Shown here piece by piece: positions 37,271 to 47,139 of a stretch of DNA of 64,000 nt. The translations under genes were made by a program, and so were the position numbers. The stretch is taken from the sequence record NC_023610.1, one strand, 5' to 3'. The notes beneath the pieces were generated by a model. The model was not told the DNA's origin and ran no database searches. It was given only the letters and a program-made list of their open reading frames with translations. The first letter of the stretch is position 1, and each line of letters starts with the position of its first letter.

Positions 37271-38614
37271 TTACTCCGAATTCTTCGACAGGTACATTAC
37301 CATCCCCGCCACTGACGTCTGGGTTTGGTCGGAAAGACCGGGACGTTCGAGAGCCCACTGTTCATCAATCTGGAACATGGTCCCACCGTACTTCTTAATC
37401 TTTCCGCCGATATCGTGGTAGACCTGCACCGGCATCCCCGGGAACACCAGGTCCGCATTCGAGTTCTGCCAGGTGGTGGTGAACAACTGACCGTCATTCG
37501 CTGCCAGCTTCGACATTTCAAACGGCACGTTGTTGGTTGCCTTCACACTGGACATGCCCGCAATGGCAAACCCATCCTCACGCGTGGAGTCCTGAAACTC
37601 CGCCATGTACTTACTGCGGTTCAGCAGTGCGGTGTTTTCCGTTTGGGCAGTAGGTGCAGCCATCAGCTCGTCGGCCCGAATGAAACGTACCCCGTTACCG
37701 TATTCAAAATTCCCCGAGACCGAGATATCCTGAATAGAGGGGGAGCCCGTACAAACCACGTACAGTGTATCCCCATCCTGGTACGACGTGTTGTCCAGTA
37801 ACGGTACCACGTTGGTCGGCACCTGGAACACCACAAGCTTCTTCACTGCGGTCTTCAGGTGGTTCGTCCGGTACAGCGGATAGATGTACCAAATCCCGTC
37901 CTGGATAAACGACCCCAACCCTTTATCGTAAAGCCCGTTCTCATTCTCCTGAATCCACCCAGGGACGTCAATGAGCGGGACACTGTGCGGCACCACAAAG
38001 TCCGGGGTAATCTCGCCTTTGTTCACCGACGGAACCATCTCGAATCCCTTCAAGTAAACCGACTGTTCCCCTTTCTCTGATTTCGCCGCCGTTAAGACCA
38101 ACGCCTTCAGGAAATCCTCGTTGCTGTTATAGCGGGAGATACCCCCGCCGGAACGCACGGACATGAACTCCGCCACCGGGTCAACCAACTGCACATGGAA
38201 GTAGCGCATGTCGTCCTTCCCGTCCAGGTAAGTCCCCGACGTCATCGGGTTACCGTGTGGTAAGGTAGCATCGGCGTTGTCCACCAGGAAGGCACGGTAC
38301 GTGTACGACGTGGTAATACCCCCAATCACGTCCACCCCGGATACCGGGTCGACCTGAATCTTCTGGAGCACGCACTTCAGGTTATCACGCCGTGCGTACA
38401 GTACATCTCGGTAATCCTTCACTGAGGTGGCCACCTGAATGGTCATGTCCCTACAGAAGCTGCTGACGTAATCGGCCGAGCTCCATTTCTCAATCACCGC
38501 TATCGCCGTGGCACTCCCGTTAGCACTCACAAAGGTGGCTTTGTGGCGAAAGCGCGGACCCCGCGCTTTAAGGAGGATGGCGTGAATGGTGTCGTACAGC
38601 AAGTTTGGGTTCAT
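37271..38614 (-). CDS. virion tail/baseplate hub-like protein
   Basis: 447 aa; YRAFL, GLYDKGLGSFIQ, WYIYPLY and FPGMPV motifs. Confidence 0.65.
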   Translation of the reverse strand: MNPNLLYDTIHAILLKARGPRFRHKATFVSANGSATAIAVIEKWSSADYVSSFCRDMTIQVATSVKDYRDVLYARRDNLKCVLQKIQVDPVSGVDVIGGITTSYTYRAFLVDNADATLPHGNPMTSGTYLDGKDDMRYFHVQLVDPVAEFMSVRSGGGISRYNSNEDFLKALVLTAAKSEKGEQSVYLKGFEMVPSVNKGEITPDFVVPHSVPLIDVPGWIQENENGLYDKGLGSFIQDGIWYIYPLYRTNHLKTAVKKLVVFQVPTNVVPLLDNTSYQDGDTLYVVCTGSPSIQDISVSGNFEYGNGVRFIRADELMAAPTAQTENTALLNRSKYMAEFQDSTREDGFAIAGMSSVKATNNVPFEMSKLAANDGQLFTTTWQNSNADLVFPGMPVQVYHDIGGKIKKYGGTMFQIDEQWALERPGLSDQTQTSVAGMVMYLSKNSE

Positions 38615-38623
38615 GGGTTACTC

Positions 38624-39241
38624 CTACGACGCCCCGTACCGTTTCCGTTTGCTCAACCCGCTGTAGTTGACACGCTCCTGCAACGGTTTGTAATCGCCCG
38701 GACTTTCTTGTTTCTCGGACGTACCCTGGAGCAAATCGACCATCGAGGTTTTGAGCAGGTCTTTGAGGTCTTCCACCACCACGTCTTTGCGGGCTTTGAA
38801 GTCCACCGCCTTGTTGAACACCTGGCGGGCAAACTCATCCAGACGCATGGCGTACTTGAACGTCCTCTCGTACTTCTCTTTGTCCTTGAGTCGAATCCCA
38901 CCCTTATGGTAGTTCTCGCTATACGCCTGGAACTCCATCAGGTAGTCCTGGATGATTTGGTGAATCAACGGTAAGTCAATCTTGGCGTTCGCCAGACGGA
39001 AGTTTCCGCCCCGGTGCCAGATTTCCATCATCTCGTTGATAGACCGTCCAGCCCGACGTTCCTGGTACGGTAGACGCTGGTCCACATCACGCATCCCGGT
39101 AACGAAGGACCCGTAGGTGCGAATCTCACCGGTACTGGTTAACTCGTAATCCGCCGCGATGATGTAGAAGAGCGTCTTGAACAGTTTGTAATGGGGGCGT
39201 TGGGATTCATGGACGGTTTTAAGAGTGTTCTCTCTGCCCAT
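38624..39241 (-). CDS. conserved hypothetical protein
   Basis: 205 aa in the structural operon. Confidence 0.75.
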   Translation of the reverse strand: MGRENTLKTVHESQRPHYKLFKTLFYIIAADYELTSTGEIRTYGSFVTGMRDVDQRLPYQERRAGRSINEMMEIWHRGGNFRLANAKIDLPLIHQIIQDYLMEFQAYSENYHKGGIRLKDKEKYERTFKYAMRLDEFARQVFNKAVDFKARKDVVVEDLKDLLKTSMVDLLQGTSEKQESPGDYKPLQERVNYSGLSKRKRYGAS

Positions 39242-39253
39242 CGGGTGCTCCTG

Positions 39254-40564
39254 TTACGGTAAGCCACGCATCGCCGATGGAATCAGCGCGTAGAGTACCG
39301 GTAAAAGGTAGAACTGGCTCAGCGGTTCCCAGTCGTAGGACTTGTCCCACAACTTGATGACCGAGGCCGGGTCTACGGTATTGTTATCAAACATCTGCCA
39401 GACCATGGCTTCCAACAAAGACAGGTTCGTGGTGTCACGGTCGTAGAAGGCCTTACTGAGGATGTAGTAACCATCCGCCATCACCGCTGGGATATCCCGT
39501 GAACCGTCAGTGTTAGGTTCTGGTGGTGGCGGTAAGCCACGTTCCGCCCAACTCTGTCCTTCCGTAATGTCACCAGCACGCGCATTCGGTGGGTAGACCA
39601 CATCGTACAGACCGGAATAACGAATCCCGCCGTAATACGGGTTACGGTGGAACAGCCGGGTTGACAGCAACTTGATTTGTTTGTCCGCACGTTTCAAGGT
39701 ACGGGGACGCAAATCCACGATGGCGTCAAACAGGGTTACCGGTAAGCGTTGACGGTCATCCATCACCGTAGGTTTGTTCAACCCTCGGGTAAAGACTTCC
39801 GTTACCTTATCCCCAAAGCAGGTATCAACGAAGGTGGTCAGGAACGGGTCGTATACCCGGTCAAAGCCCGGGACCAACAACGTACTGAATTCCCGGTCGA
39901 TATACTGGTTCAGGTATTCCTGCGGCAGCGCCTCACGCATCTCGAGTAACTGAACGTACTGTTCGTGGGCTTCGGTGGTAATCAGCGGGTTAATGCCGGT
40001 ATCCAGGAAGTCACGGACAAAGTAGTATTCACGCACCGTCTTTTCAATCAGGTCCTGATGGTCCTCAGGGGTCAGGTACTGTTTGAGGGTGTACTCGATA
40101 GAGTAGGTGGTCTGGGTGAAGATGGTTTTCTGTTCCACCGGGGAAATCACGATGAACAGACCAGGACGTCCGTCACCTAGGTCAGCGATAAACATGTCAC
40201 CTGGGTTCGGAATCACCCCTGGGTACATGTTCGCTCGACCCCGGGCTTCAAACTCCGTTGCCTCGACGTTATAGGTCGGGTTAACCGGAATCGGGTCAGT
40301 AACCTTCAGTTCCAAATCGTTGATACGTTTGTACTGTTGGTTGATGGCTAAACGGCTGTCTTGCTGCGCCGCTGTCTCGCCGTCACCCCCTAATACCTGG
40401 GAGAACCAAGTAACCACCCAACGACGGCCCTCAATGGCCGTCAGCAGCGTTTTCAGCGGAATAACCTGCGTATCTACCGGGACACCTTTATAGGGCGTAG
40501 GATTGAGCACAGGCTGTTCTGGCTTAGGGATGGGCACGGACTCATCAACATCGAATAAGGACAT
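39254..40564 (-). CDS. virion structural protein (neck/tail)
   Basis: 436 aa; IEGRRW.VTWFSQ, YPGVIPN.GDMFIAD motifs recalled from phiKZ-like proteins. Confidence 0.7.
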   Translation of the reverse strand: MSLFDVDESVPIPKPEQPVLNPTPYKGVPVDTQVIPLKTLLTAIEGRRWVVTWFSQVLGGDGETAAQQDSRLAINQQYKRINDLELKVTDPIPVNPTYNVEATEFEARGRANMYPGVIPNPGDMFIADLGDGRPGLFIVISPVEQKTIFTQTTYSIEYTLKQYLTPEDHQDLIEKTVREYYFVRDFLDTGINPLITTEAHEQYVQLLEMREALPQEYLNQYIDREFSTLLVPGFDRVYDPFLTTFVDTCFGDKVTEVFTRGLNKPTVMDDRQRLPVTLFDAIVDLRPRTLKRADKQIKLLSTRLFHRNPYYGGIRYSGLYDVVYPPNARAGDITEGQSWAERGLPPPPEPNTDGSRDIPAVMADGYYILSKAFYDRDTTNLSLLEAMVWQMFDNNTVDPASVIKLWDKSYDWEPLSQFYLLPVLYALIPSAMRGLP

Positions 40565-40576
40565 GGTAAAACCCCA

Positions 40577-42109
40577 TTAAGTAAGATTGGCAACGATAAC
40601 CATGTTCATCACCGTAGGCCACACGACCCGGGGACCGAACAGTTTCGCATCCGTTTGTTTCAGGTACTGAATACAGCGCCACCATTCATCGTCAGGAATC
40701 CAGATGTTCTTGAGCGACTTCGGTAACAACCCCTGATTGTACATCTCGGGTTCCAGTACCGTGAAGATAAGGTTCGCCCACTCCGGGTTAGACCGTAAGG
40801 TATCGGTCGCCTCTTTGGTGAGGAACGCCAACTGGGTGTACAGGTTAATGCGCAGGTGATGGACGTCCGTGAGTTTCAACGGTACCGTGGTACGGACCAC
40901 CAGGTTCTCATCGACGTACAACCGACTGGAGTCCAGTGGACGGTCGCCAATATAGAGGACGATGTTGACCACGGACTGGGTACGCTTGGTGAGTCCCTTA
41001 TGGTCTTTGGTCATAATCCCCAACAGTTTCTCATTCCAGGTGAACCCCGGGATGTTCTTCAAGTCGAGGACCATCGTCGGGTCGTCTTTCACCTGAATCA
41101 TGAACTGCACCAGGTTCGTCAAGTCGTGTCCAATTTGGGTTGGCCAGAACTCATCGAAGAACGGGATAATCATCCCACCGCGGGAGTTGTGGTTCTTAAA
41201 CCCGGCGGCTTCCATCAGCTGATGGTAACGGGACATGGACTTGCTCGCCGCTCCCCAAATCTCACCCGGGTCGTAGATGACGTTGTCGGGACGAAACTTC
41301 TTCGGTACCAACTGGTTGTGAATCACCAACGGGTAACCGAGCACCAGTTCAATCGGGCGCTCCCACTGAAACTTAAAGGTAAAGGAAACCTCGTAAGTGT
41401 GGGTGTCTTGTTTCTTCTCTTCCACCGGCACCTGGGAGAAATCGAAATAGCCCAGGATATCGAGTTCGTTCTCTTTGAACGCCCACTCCGGTTGGGTCCC
41501 TGCCTGCGTGGTCAGGACGGTGTTCGGTTGAATGGCGTGAGCCTGTAACCAGTCCGGGAGCGTTGTTCCCTCGGGAGCCACCGCCTCTTTCATTTTGTGG
41601 AACTGCTCCAGGAACAACAGAATCAGTTTCGGTACCACAAACTTGTAACTGGACTGGAATGACCCGTCTTTCCAGGCGAGCCCCAACTTACGGCGCATTC
41701 CGGTCTGCCAGTCTTTTGCCTTGTTGAGGTCCACCACACGGTAGCGGAATGACAACGTGGTTTCGACGTGCTCATACACCGGTTGCAACCAGACAGGGAG
41801 CTTGGGGTCTTTCCAGATGGTTTTCTTGTCGTCGTACACAAAGGGGATATTGAACAAGTACTCGTCCTTTATCTCCTCTTCTACCGTTACCTGCACTTTG
41901 TCGTAGATGGACATCTTGGCAGGTTCGGTATTACGATTGTTGGTCAGGAGGGTTCGATAGGTAGGAATCCCATCGTTCTGTCCGGCGTATTCAATGAAGG
42001 TGTCTTCCGGGATACCGGTCGAATTGATAATACTCCGGATAATGTTCATGTTCGTCGGACGCGTCACCGACTCGTACACATCCGGAATTCCATAGTTCAG
42101 CTGTGGCAT
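40577..42109 (-). CDS. virion structural protein
   Basis: 510 aa; YP..IHNQLVP and IPFFDEFWP motifs. Confidence 0.7.
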   Translation of the reverse strand: MPQLNYGIPDVYESVTRPTNMNIIRSIINSTGIPEDTFIEYAGQNDGIPTYRTLLTNNRNTEPAKMSIYDKVQVTVEEEIKDEYLFNIPFVYDDKKTIWKDPKLPVWLQPVYEHVETTLSFRYRVVDLNKAKDWQTGMRRKLGLAWKDGSFQSSYKFVVPKLILLFLEQFHKMKEAVAPEGTTLPDWLQAHAIQPNTVLTTQAGTQPEWAFKENELDILGYFDFSQVPVEEKKQDTHTYEVSFTFKFQWERPIELVLGYPLVIHNQLVPKKFRPDNVIYDPGEIWGAASKSMSRYHQLMEAAGFKNHNSRGGMIIPFFDEFWPTQIGHDLTNLVQFMIQVKDDPTMVLDLKNIPGFTWNEKLLGIMTKDHKGLTKRTQSVVNIVLYIGDRPLDSSRLYVDENLVVRTTVPLKLTDVHHLRINLYTQLAFLTKEATDTLRSNPEWANLIFTVLEPEMYNQGLLPKSLKNIWIPDDEWWRCIQYLKQTDAKLFGPRVVWPTVMNMVIVANLT

Positions 42110-42143
42110 GGTGCACGCGCTCCTCTAAGCAGTCTCATAGAAA

Positions 42144-42184
42144 GCAGCATAAAGCCCTCTCCTGCCAAAAAGCAGGAGAGGGGC
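42144..42184 (-). terminator. hairpin followed by TTTATGCTGC
   Basis: Minus strand ccctctcctgc-tttttg-gcaggagaggg, then ctttatgctgc. Confidence 0.75.
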
Positions 42185-42188
42185 AGTA

Positions 42189-43631
42189 TTACTCGGCTAA
42201 GCCAACGTAGTCGCCGTTAAGCGGCAGGAAGGTCGGTTCTACATCAATCGTCACGTCGTTCAGGCCCAGCATCTGGAGCGCCGTACGCACCGCGACAGTT
42301 ACGCTTTCGCCCACCACTTCACCGGCCACGTTAAAGGTGTTGCTCATGGCGTGGAAGCTTGGGGATTTCAGTTCACGTTGAATGAACGTCACCAGACCTT
42401 GTTCTACTGCTGCGACACGGTTGGTGCCACGCAGCACAACGCGCAGTGCACTGGTACCTTTCACATTGAAGTAGAAGGCATCACTTGCGCTTGCGACGGC
42501 TGTGGTGTTTGATTTTTCTGCGAGTGGCGCGGTTTGGGCCAGCTTTGCGAGCTCGGAGCGAATCGACAAAGGCTTTCCCGCTGGAGGAATCTCCACCTCC
42601 GGGGCATTCGGACCACCCACCGCACGTTTACCCGCTACCGACGCCAACCAGATACGCCATGAACCACCGTTACCGGCCAGAGGGAATTTGACCCATTCCA
42701 GTTTACCGTTCAGGTAATGGAGTGCGCCTTCCATGTGGACCACGTCTTTTGGCAGGTAGGTACCTTCGAACGGGTCGCGTTTCGGGTCGATGATGATACC
42801 ACGGAAACGAACGTCGTACGCGCGGGCTACTTCTTCGCGGTCACGGTCGTAGTTGAAGTCTTCCGGTTTGATAGCGGCGGGGCTCAGTGCTACCGGGGCA
42901 GGTGTTCCCTGTGGGTCACCCAGTTGGGTTTCACGGGTCAGCGCATTAGACGCGCTGTCTGCTTCACCGTAGGCTGCCAGGATTTCAGCAATCTTCGGAG
43001 CCGGGTGTTCAACGACCTGGTCGAGCTGAGGAATCTGGAAGCCTGGGAAGGTCAGACTGAACATGGTCTGAATATCCGCGGCGGTTAACATGCGCACACC
43101 TGGGTTCTGACCTTTGGCGTCCTGGGCCGGAGCAGCCTGAAGCATTTCCCACTTCTCAGCCGCAGCATTGATGCGGGCAATCGCGTTGTACACGTTAGTG
43201 GCACGAGCAATCTGACCACGTTCCAGCGGCAGGCTGAAAATCAGACCATCCGCAGCATCACGCAGTTGGAACACCGCCGCCTGGGAATCACCCACGGCCA
43301 CGAACTTCAGTTGCGCGTCACCTTCACCTACTACGGTGTCGTTCAGTTCAGCCAACAGGAGAGCGTGCGGGTCAGTGACCTCCTCCAGCTGTACGTCGCT
43401 TAACAGTGCAGCTTCGTTCAGTGCATCGGTCAGCATCTCAAGGATAGCTGCATCAGGCGTTGACTTCAGGAAATCTTTAGCGCGGACAGTAATGCCATGT
43501 CCGGCGTCACCCAGACGGAAAGACGGAAGAGCGGTAACCAGTTGCTCACGTGTCACTTCGTCAAAGAGTTGGAGCTCTGGGCTGTCAATCAACTCGCCCT
43601 GACTGTTAAATACCGTAAAGATAATTTTCAT
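42189..43631 (-). CDS. hypothetical (likely head) protein
   Basis: Likely start MKIIFTVF; about 480 aa, acidic and Ala-rich. Confidence 0.75.
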   Translation of the reverse strand: MKIIFTVFNSQGELIDSPELQLFDEVTREQLVTALPSFRLGDAGHGITVRAKDFLKSTPDAAILEMLTDALNEAALLSDVQLEEVTDPHALLLAELNDTVVGEGDAQLKFVAVGDSQAAVFQLRDAADGLIFSLPLERGQIARATNVYNAIARINAAAEKWEMLQAAPAQDAKGQNPGVRMLTAADIQTMFSLTFPGFQIPQLDQVVEHPAPKIAEILAAYGEADSASNALTRETQLGDPQGTPAPVALSPAAIKPEDFNYDRDREEVARAYDVRFRGIIIDPKRDPFEGTYLPKDVVHMEGALHYLNGKLEWVKFPLAGNGGSWRIWLASVAGKRAVGGPNAPEVEIPPAGKPLSIRSELAKLAQTAPLAEKSNTTAVASASDAFYFNVKGTSALRVVLRGTNRVAAVEQGLVTFIQRELKSPSFHAMSNTFNVAGEVVGESVTVAVRTALQMLGLNDVTIDVEPTFLPLNGDYVGLAE

Positions 43632-43694
43632 TCTTAATGTTCCATTTAGAAAGGAAAGGAATGGTAGGTTGTTCAAACCATTCCCTGGTGGTGT

Positions 43695-43737
43695 AAAAAA
43701 AGAAAATAAAACAAGGGGGCCGAAGCCCCCTTGTTCA
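43695..43737 (-). terminator. intrinsic terminator
   Basis: acaaggggg-cttcgg-cccccttgt followed by a U-tract. Confidence 0.85.
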
Positions 43738-43756
43738 AGCACTTACCGCAGACGAA

Positions 43757-45121
43757 TTAAGCTTCGTACTGAGACAGCGCTTTAGAGCCAGCGGCCATTG
43801 CAGCACGGAACACAGCGCAGCTGTGAGCAGTGAATGCAGTGTACGGCTCTTTGGTCCAGGTGACGTAGGAAGAACCGTACTGAACGGCCAGACGGGTGCA
43901 AGACTGGTTTTCCTGGTTGACTTTATCTTCGTCAACCTTACGGCTACCAATTTTGTCCGCTGCTTTGCGCACGTTCTCGCCAGCTTTTTCCATGTCCTTC
44001 AGGCCTTTGCCTTCGGTGTAACGCTTCATGGTTTCGCAACCACGGATAACTTCTTCCGCGATGTCGACAACCTGTGCAGGCGTCAGCACGTCCAGGCTGG
44101 CTTCTTCTGGGTCTTTCTGGTCTTTCTTCGTGTCCGCCATGAACACGGTAGAAGATTGCAGACGACGCGCGAAGTCACGGCTGTCACCGTCAACGCTACC
44201 AGACCAGGTAGAGCAGAAGATGGTTTTACCGCCCAGGATTGGGTCAGATTCAGTCAGCTTGGTGTCTTTGCTGCTGAAACGGCTGTCAGAAGAAGACTTG
44301 TCAGCGTCAGCATCTTTAGACATGTTCTTAAACATGGTGTGGATGTGACCGTTCAGTTTCTTCAGACCGTCTTTCGCGTCTTCCGGGTCAAAGCTGTTCA
44401 GGCTGTCCGCCAGCTTCTCACCGATTTTCGCTACTTCCGGGCAATACTTGGTTGCCAGGGCGTTCAACGCGCCGTTGATGTCGCGCAGACCAGAGACCAG
44501 CTCAGCGCCGTTCTTAACCGGTTTGTCAGCGTAAGAAATCAGACGAGCAACAGAGCCGCTCACTTCGAATTTCTTCTCTTTAGAGTGCTTACCGGTCATG
44601 CCGCCAGCACGCTTCTTCAGGTCTTCGGCAGAACGCTTCAGCGCAGACAGACGAGAAGTCATTTTACGCCAGAAGGATTTCAGACGCTCGATGATTTTCT
44701 TAATCATGCGCTTGATGGTTTCGATGATGTTGCGAACAACTTCACGGAAGCCTTCAGTTGACACTTTAGAACCGATGTAGCTCTCAACCGCAGGCATCAC
44801 GGTTTCAGCGCTTTCATCAGAACCGGCAGTCGCCAGGTCAGCAACCTGTTCAGCCAGAGCAACTTCACCTTCAGTTGCGCCGTCTTCTTTCTGGTTGATA
44901 CCCTGCTCGATGTAATCGGCAGTTTCTTCGGTTTTGTCAGCCACGTCTTGCAGACGGTAGACTTCGTCGAGCTCAGCGTCGGCCGCAGCCAAATCATTCG
45001 CTTGCTCTTCGACAATCAGTTCTGCTTCTTCGTTGCTGACTTCCGGCCAGCCCTCATTAGAAACCTGAGAACCATAACCACGCAGACCACTTGAAATACG
45101 ACCCATTTGGGTAATCTCCAT
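43757..45121 (-). CDS. inner-head (inner body/ejection) protein, paralog 1
   Basis: Acidic propeptide with SNE/AVE/STE sites, then amphipathic helix EGFREVVRNIIETIKRMIKKII; strong codon bias. Confidence 0.8.
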   Translation of the reverse strand: MEITQMGRISSGLRGYGSQVSNEGWPEVSNEEAELIVEEQANDLAAADAELDEVYRLQDVADKTEETADYIEQGINQKEDGATEGEVALAEQVADLATAGSDESAETVMPAVESYIGSKVSTEGFREVVRNIIETIKRMIKKIIERLKSFWRKMTSRLSALKRSAEDLKKRAGGMTGKHSKEKKFEVSGSVARLISYADKPVKNGAELVSGLRDINGALNALATKYCPEVAKIGEKLADSLNSFDPEDAKDGLKKLNGHIHTMFKNMSKDADADKSSSDSRFSSKDTKLTESDPILGGKTIFCSTWSGSVDGDSRDFARRLQSSTVFMADTKKDQKDPEEASLDVLTPAQVVDIAEEVIRGCETMKRYTEGKGLKDMEKAGENVRKAADKIGSRKVDEDKVNQENQSCTRLAVQYGSSYVTWTKEPYTAFTAHSCAVFRAAMAAGSKALSQYEA

Positions 45122-45197
45122 TACAAATTGAGAAAGGTAGGGAAAACGTTTTCCCTACCATTTAACCAGAATCCTCGAACGCATGAGCGCTATAGGA

Positions 45198-46574
45198 TTA
45201 GTACGCGCTCAGAGAACGGTTGCAGTAGTTCAGCGTGTTTTTACCAACGCTCATGAACACACCGCTCAGTTTCGCAGACGGCTCGTCAATCAGCAGACGC
45301 GCAGCTGGGATGATGCGACGGATGTCGGACAGAATCGCAGACATGCCTTCTTTTGCATCACCGTCGTTGGCTTCACGCTCAACGTGGTCGCCAGCCTGGT
45401 CAAGGTTCTTGTGCGCTTCTTCGCTCTTAGCGAATTTACGCTTGTAACCTTCGATGATGTCAGCCATCTTGATGACTGCATCGCAGATGCTGATAATCTG
45501 CTGGGTGGTCGCGGTATCAACGCTGACAGAAGAATCATCAACGTCTTTCGCCAGTACGCCGGTCACAGTCGTTTTACGACGGGCCAGGGCATCAGCAGCG
45601 CCTTTGATTTTGTCTGCTGCGCCAGTAGCGCCAGCGCCTGCCGGTGCGAAGCACACGAAGATAGCCTGGTTACCCGGCATCTGCTCGGTACGACGCAGAG
45701 TCAGACCTTCGCCGATTTCGCCGAAGCCAGTGGCTTTCGCATCCGGAACGTCTTTGCTGAACAGCTGAGTATCAGGGTTCAGGTCAGCCGCCGCTCTCAC
45801 CAGGTTGTCACCCAGAGAAGACAGGGACGCTTCGTCGCTGAACTTAGCAGCTTCGATAGCTTTCAGGATGTTGTCCGCAACTTCGATGGACTTAGGCTGT
45901 ACGGTTTCGAACAGCTTACCAGCGGTGTCAGCAGCAGTGCTCAGCGCAGTGGCCAGACCCTGTGCACCCGGGAACTTACCGTCGATGCCCAGCACTTTGT
46001 TCGCTGCAACAACTTCGATTTTCTTCTCTTTGGCCACAGACGTGGTTTTCTGAGCGCGTTCACGGATAGACTGTGCGTTGGATTTCAGACGCGGAGCCGC
46101 AGCCCAGGTCTTTTCCCACCAGGTTTTCAACTTGGCGCGCATTTTCTTGAACCAGGCTTTCAGCTTCTGCCACCAGTTTTTGATGGTAGCTTTCAGGCCT
46201 TCAACCGCTACGCGAGTAGACTGCGCAGAACGGCCAGAGTCAGAGAACGATTCAACCGATACAGACATCGCATCTTCGATACCGTGTACGCGGTTCAGGA
46301 TGTTAAGCAGACGAGCAGACTCAACGGAGATACCACCGTTTTCCTGGGCTTCTTCCAGGATTTCGATGACTTCCGGATAAGTCTCAGTCATTGCTTCAGT
46401 CAGCATTTCGCCTTCCGGCTCAACTTCGTTCAGCTGTGCTTCGACTTCATCCATTTCTTCCAGGGCAGTACGGGTGTCCAGTTCAATCTGGGCAGCCTGT
46501 GCCTGTTCCTGGTCGATGGAGCCACCGTAGTTTTCAACAGACGGTGCGCCAAGTGTGCGAGCTAATCTTCCCAT
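45198..46574 (-). CDS. inner-head protein, paralog 2
   Basis: SVE/AVE sites, then EGLKATIKNWWQKLKAWFKK; same architecture as paralog 1. Confidence 0.8.
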   Translation of the reverse strand: MGRLARTLGAPSVENYGGSIDQEQAQAAQIELDTRTALEEMDEVEAQLNEVEPEGEMLTEAMTETYPEVIEILEEAQENGGISVESARLLNILNRVHGIEDAMSVSVESFSDSGRSAQSTRVAVEGLKATIKNWWQKLKAWFKKMRAKLKTWWEKTWAAAPRLKSNAQSIRERAQKTTSVAKEKKIEVVAANKVLGIDGKFPGAQGLATALSTAADTAGKLFETVQPKSIEVADNILKAIEAAKFSDEASLSSLGDNLVRAAADLNPDTQLFSKDVPDAKATGFGEIGEGLTLRRTEQMPGNQAIFVCFAPAGAGATGAADKIKGAADALARRKTTVTGVLAKDVDDSSVSVDTATTQQIISICDAVIKMADIIEGYKRKFAKSEEAHKNLDQAGDHVEREANDGDAKEGMSAILSDIRRIIPAARLLIDEPSAKLSGVFMSVGKNTLNYCNRSLSAY

Positions 46575-46601
46575 TTTTCAAATAACCTCTTGCAAGAGTG
46601 T

Positions 46602-47129
46602 TTAGTTTACGGCTTTTGCATCACCGTCGAATTGGCCGAAGATGATATTCAAAGTACATACCATGTCGGTAAAGCCATCCGGGTGCTTCAGCCAGTGCCA
46701 CATATAATCCTCTACGGGTACGTGTAACAGACTGATAAGCTTCGGGGTGTGTCGACCGGGACGGAACTTACTCGCGCCATCAGAACGCTCATAACGAATA
46801 CATTCCCAGCGACTGGTAAGCGCCATCGGGCGACGACCGGTACTGATGTACTGCAAGGTATCTTCGAGCAGAGCCCGCATATGGATAGTCATGCGCGGGT
46901 TCTTCTCATTGGCTTCCAGCCAGTCACGCAAATAACCGAACAGGTCTAGCGCACGATTGATAATCTTGCGGCGGAACTGCCAGGTGTTGCACTCGCTGGA
47001 AATGGACAGGCGCACTTTGTGGTACGCCTCCATGACAAGGGCGTCCGCTTCGATACCAGATTTAATCCCGTCGTACAACGGGGACTGGAAACCGCAGGGG
47101 GACACCTGGTACGAAACTAACATGGCCAT
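46602..47129 (-). CDS. virion/head protein
   Basis: 175 aa in the head operon. Confidence 0.7.
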   Translation of the reverse strand: MAMLVSYQVSPCGFQSPLYDGIKSGIEADALVMEAYHKVRLSISSECNTWQFRRKIINRALDLFGYLRDWLEANEKNPRMTIHMRALLEDTLQYISTGRRPMALTSRWECIRYERSDGASKFRPGRHTPKLISLLHVPVEDYMWHWLKHPDGFTDMVCTLNIIFGQFDGDAKAVN

Positions 47130-47139
47130 CGTTTACTCC

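Noticed and set aside
42188-42193. TATTAC on the plus strand as an early promoter
   Set aside because: It overlaps a stop codon and points antisense into a gene with no plus-strand CDS downstream.
45183-46565. 460-aa plus-strand ORF antisense to an inner-head gene (also 43823..44761, 32142..33068, 23391..24296)
   Set aside because: These are antisense shadows of strongly codon-biased genes that avoid TTA/CTA/TCA; no SD and no recognisable motifs.
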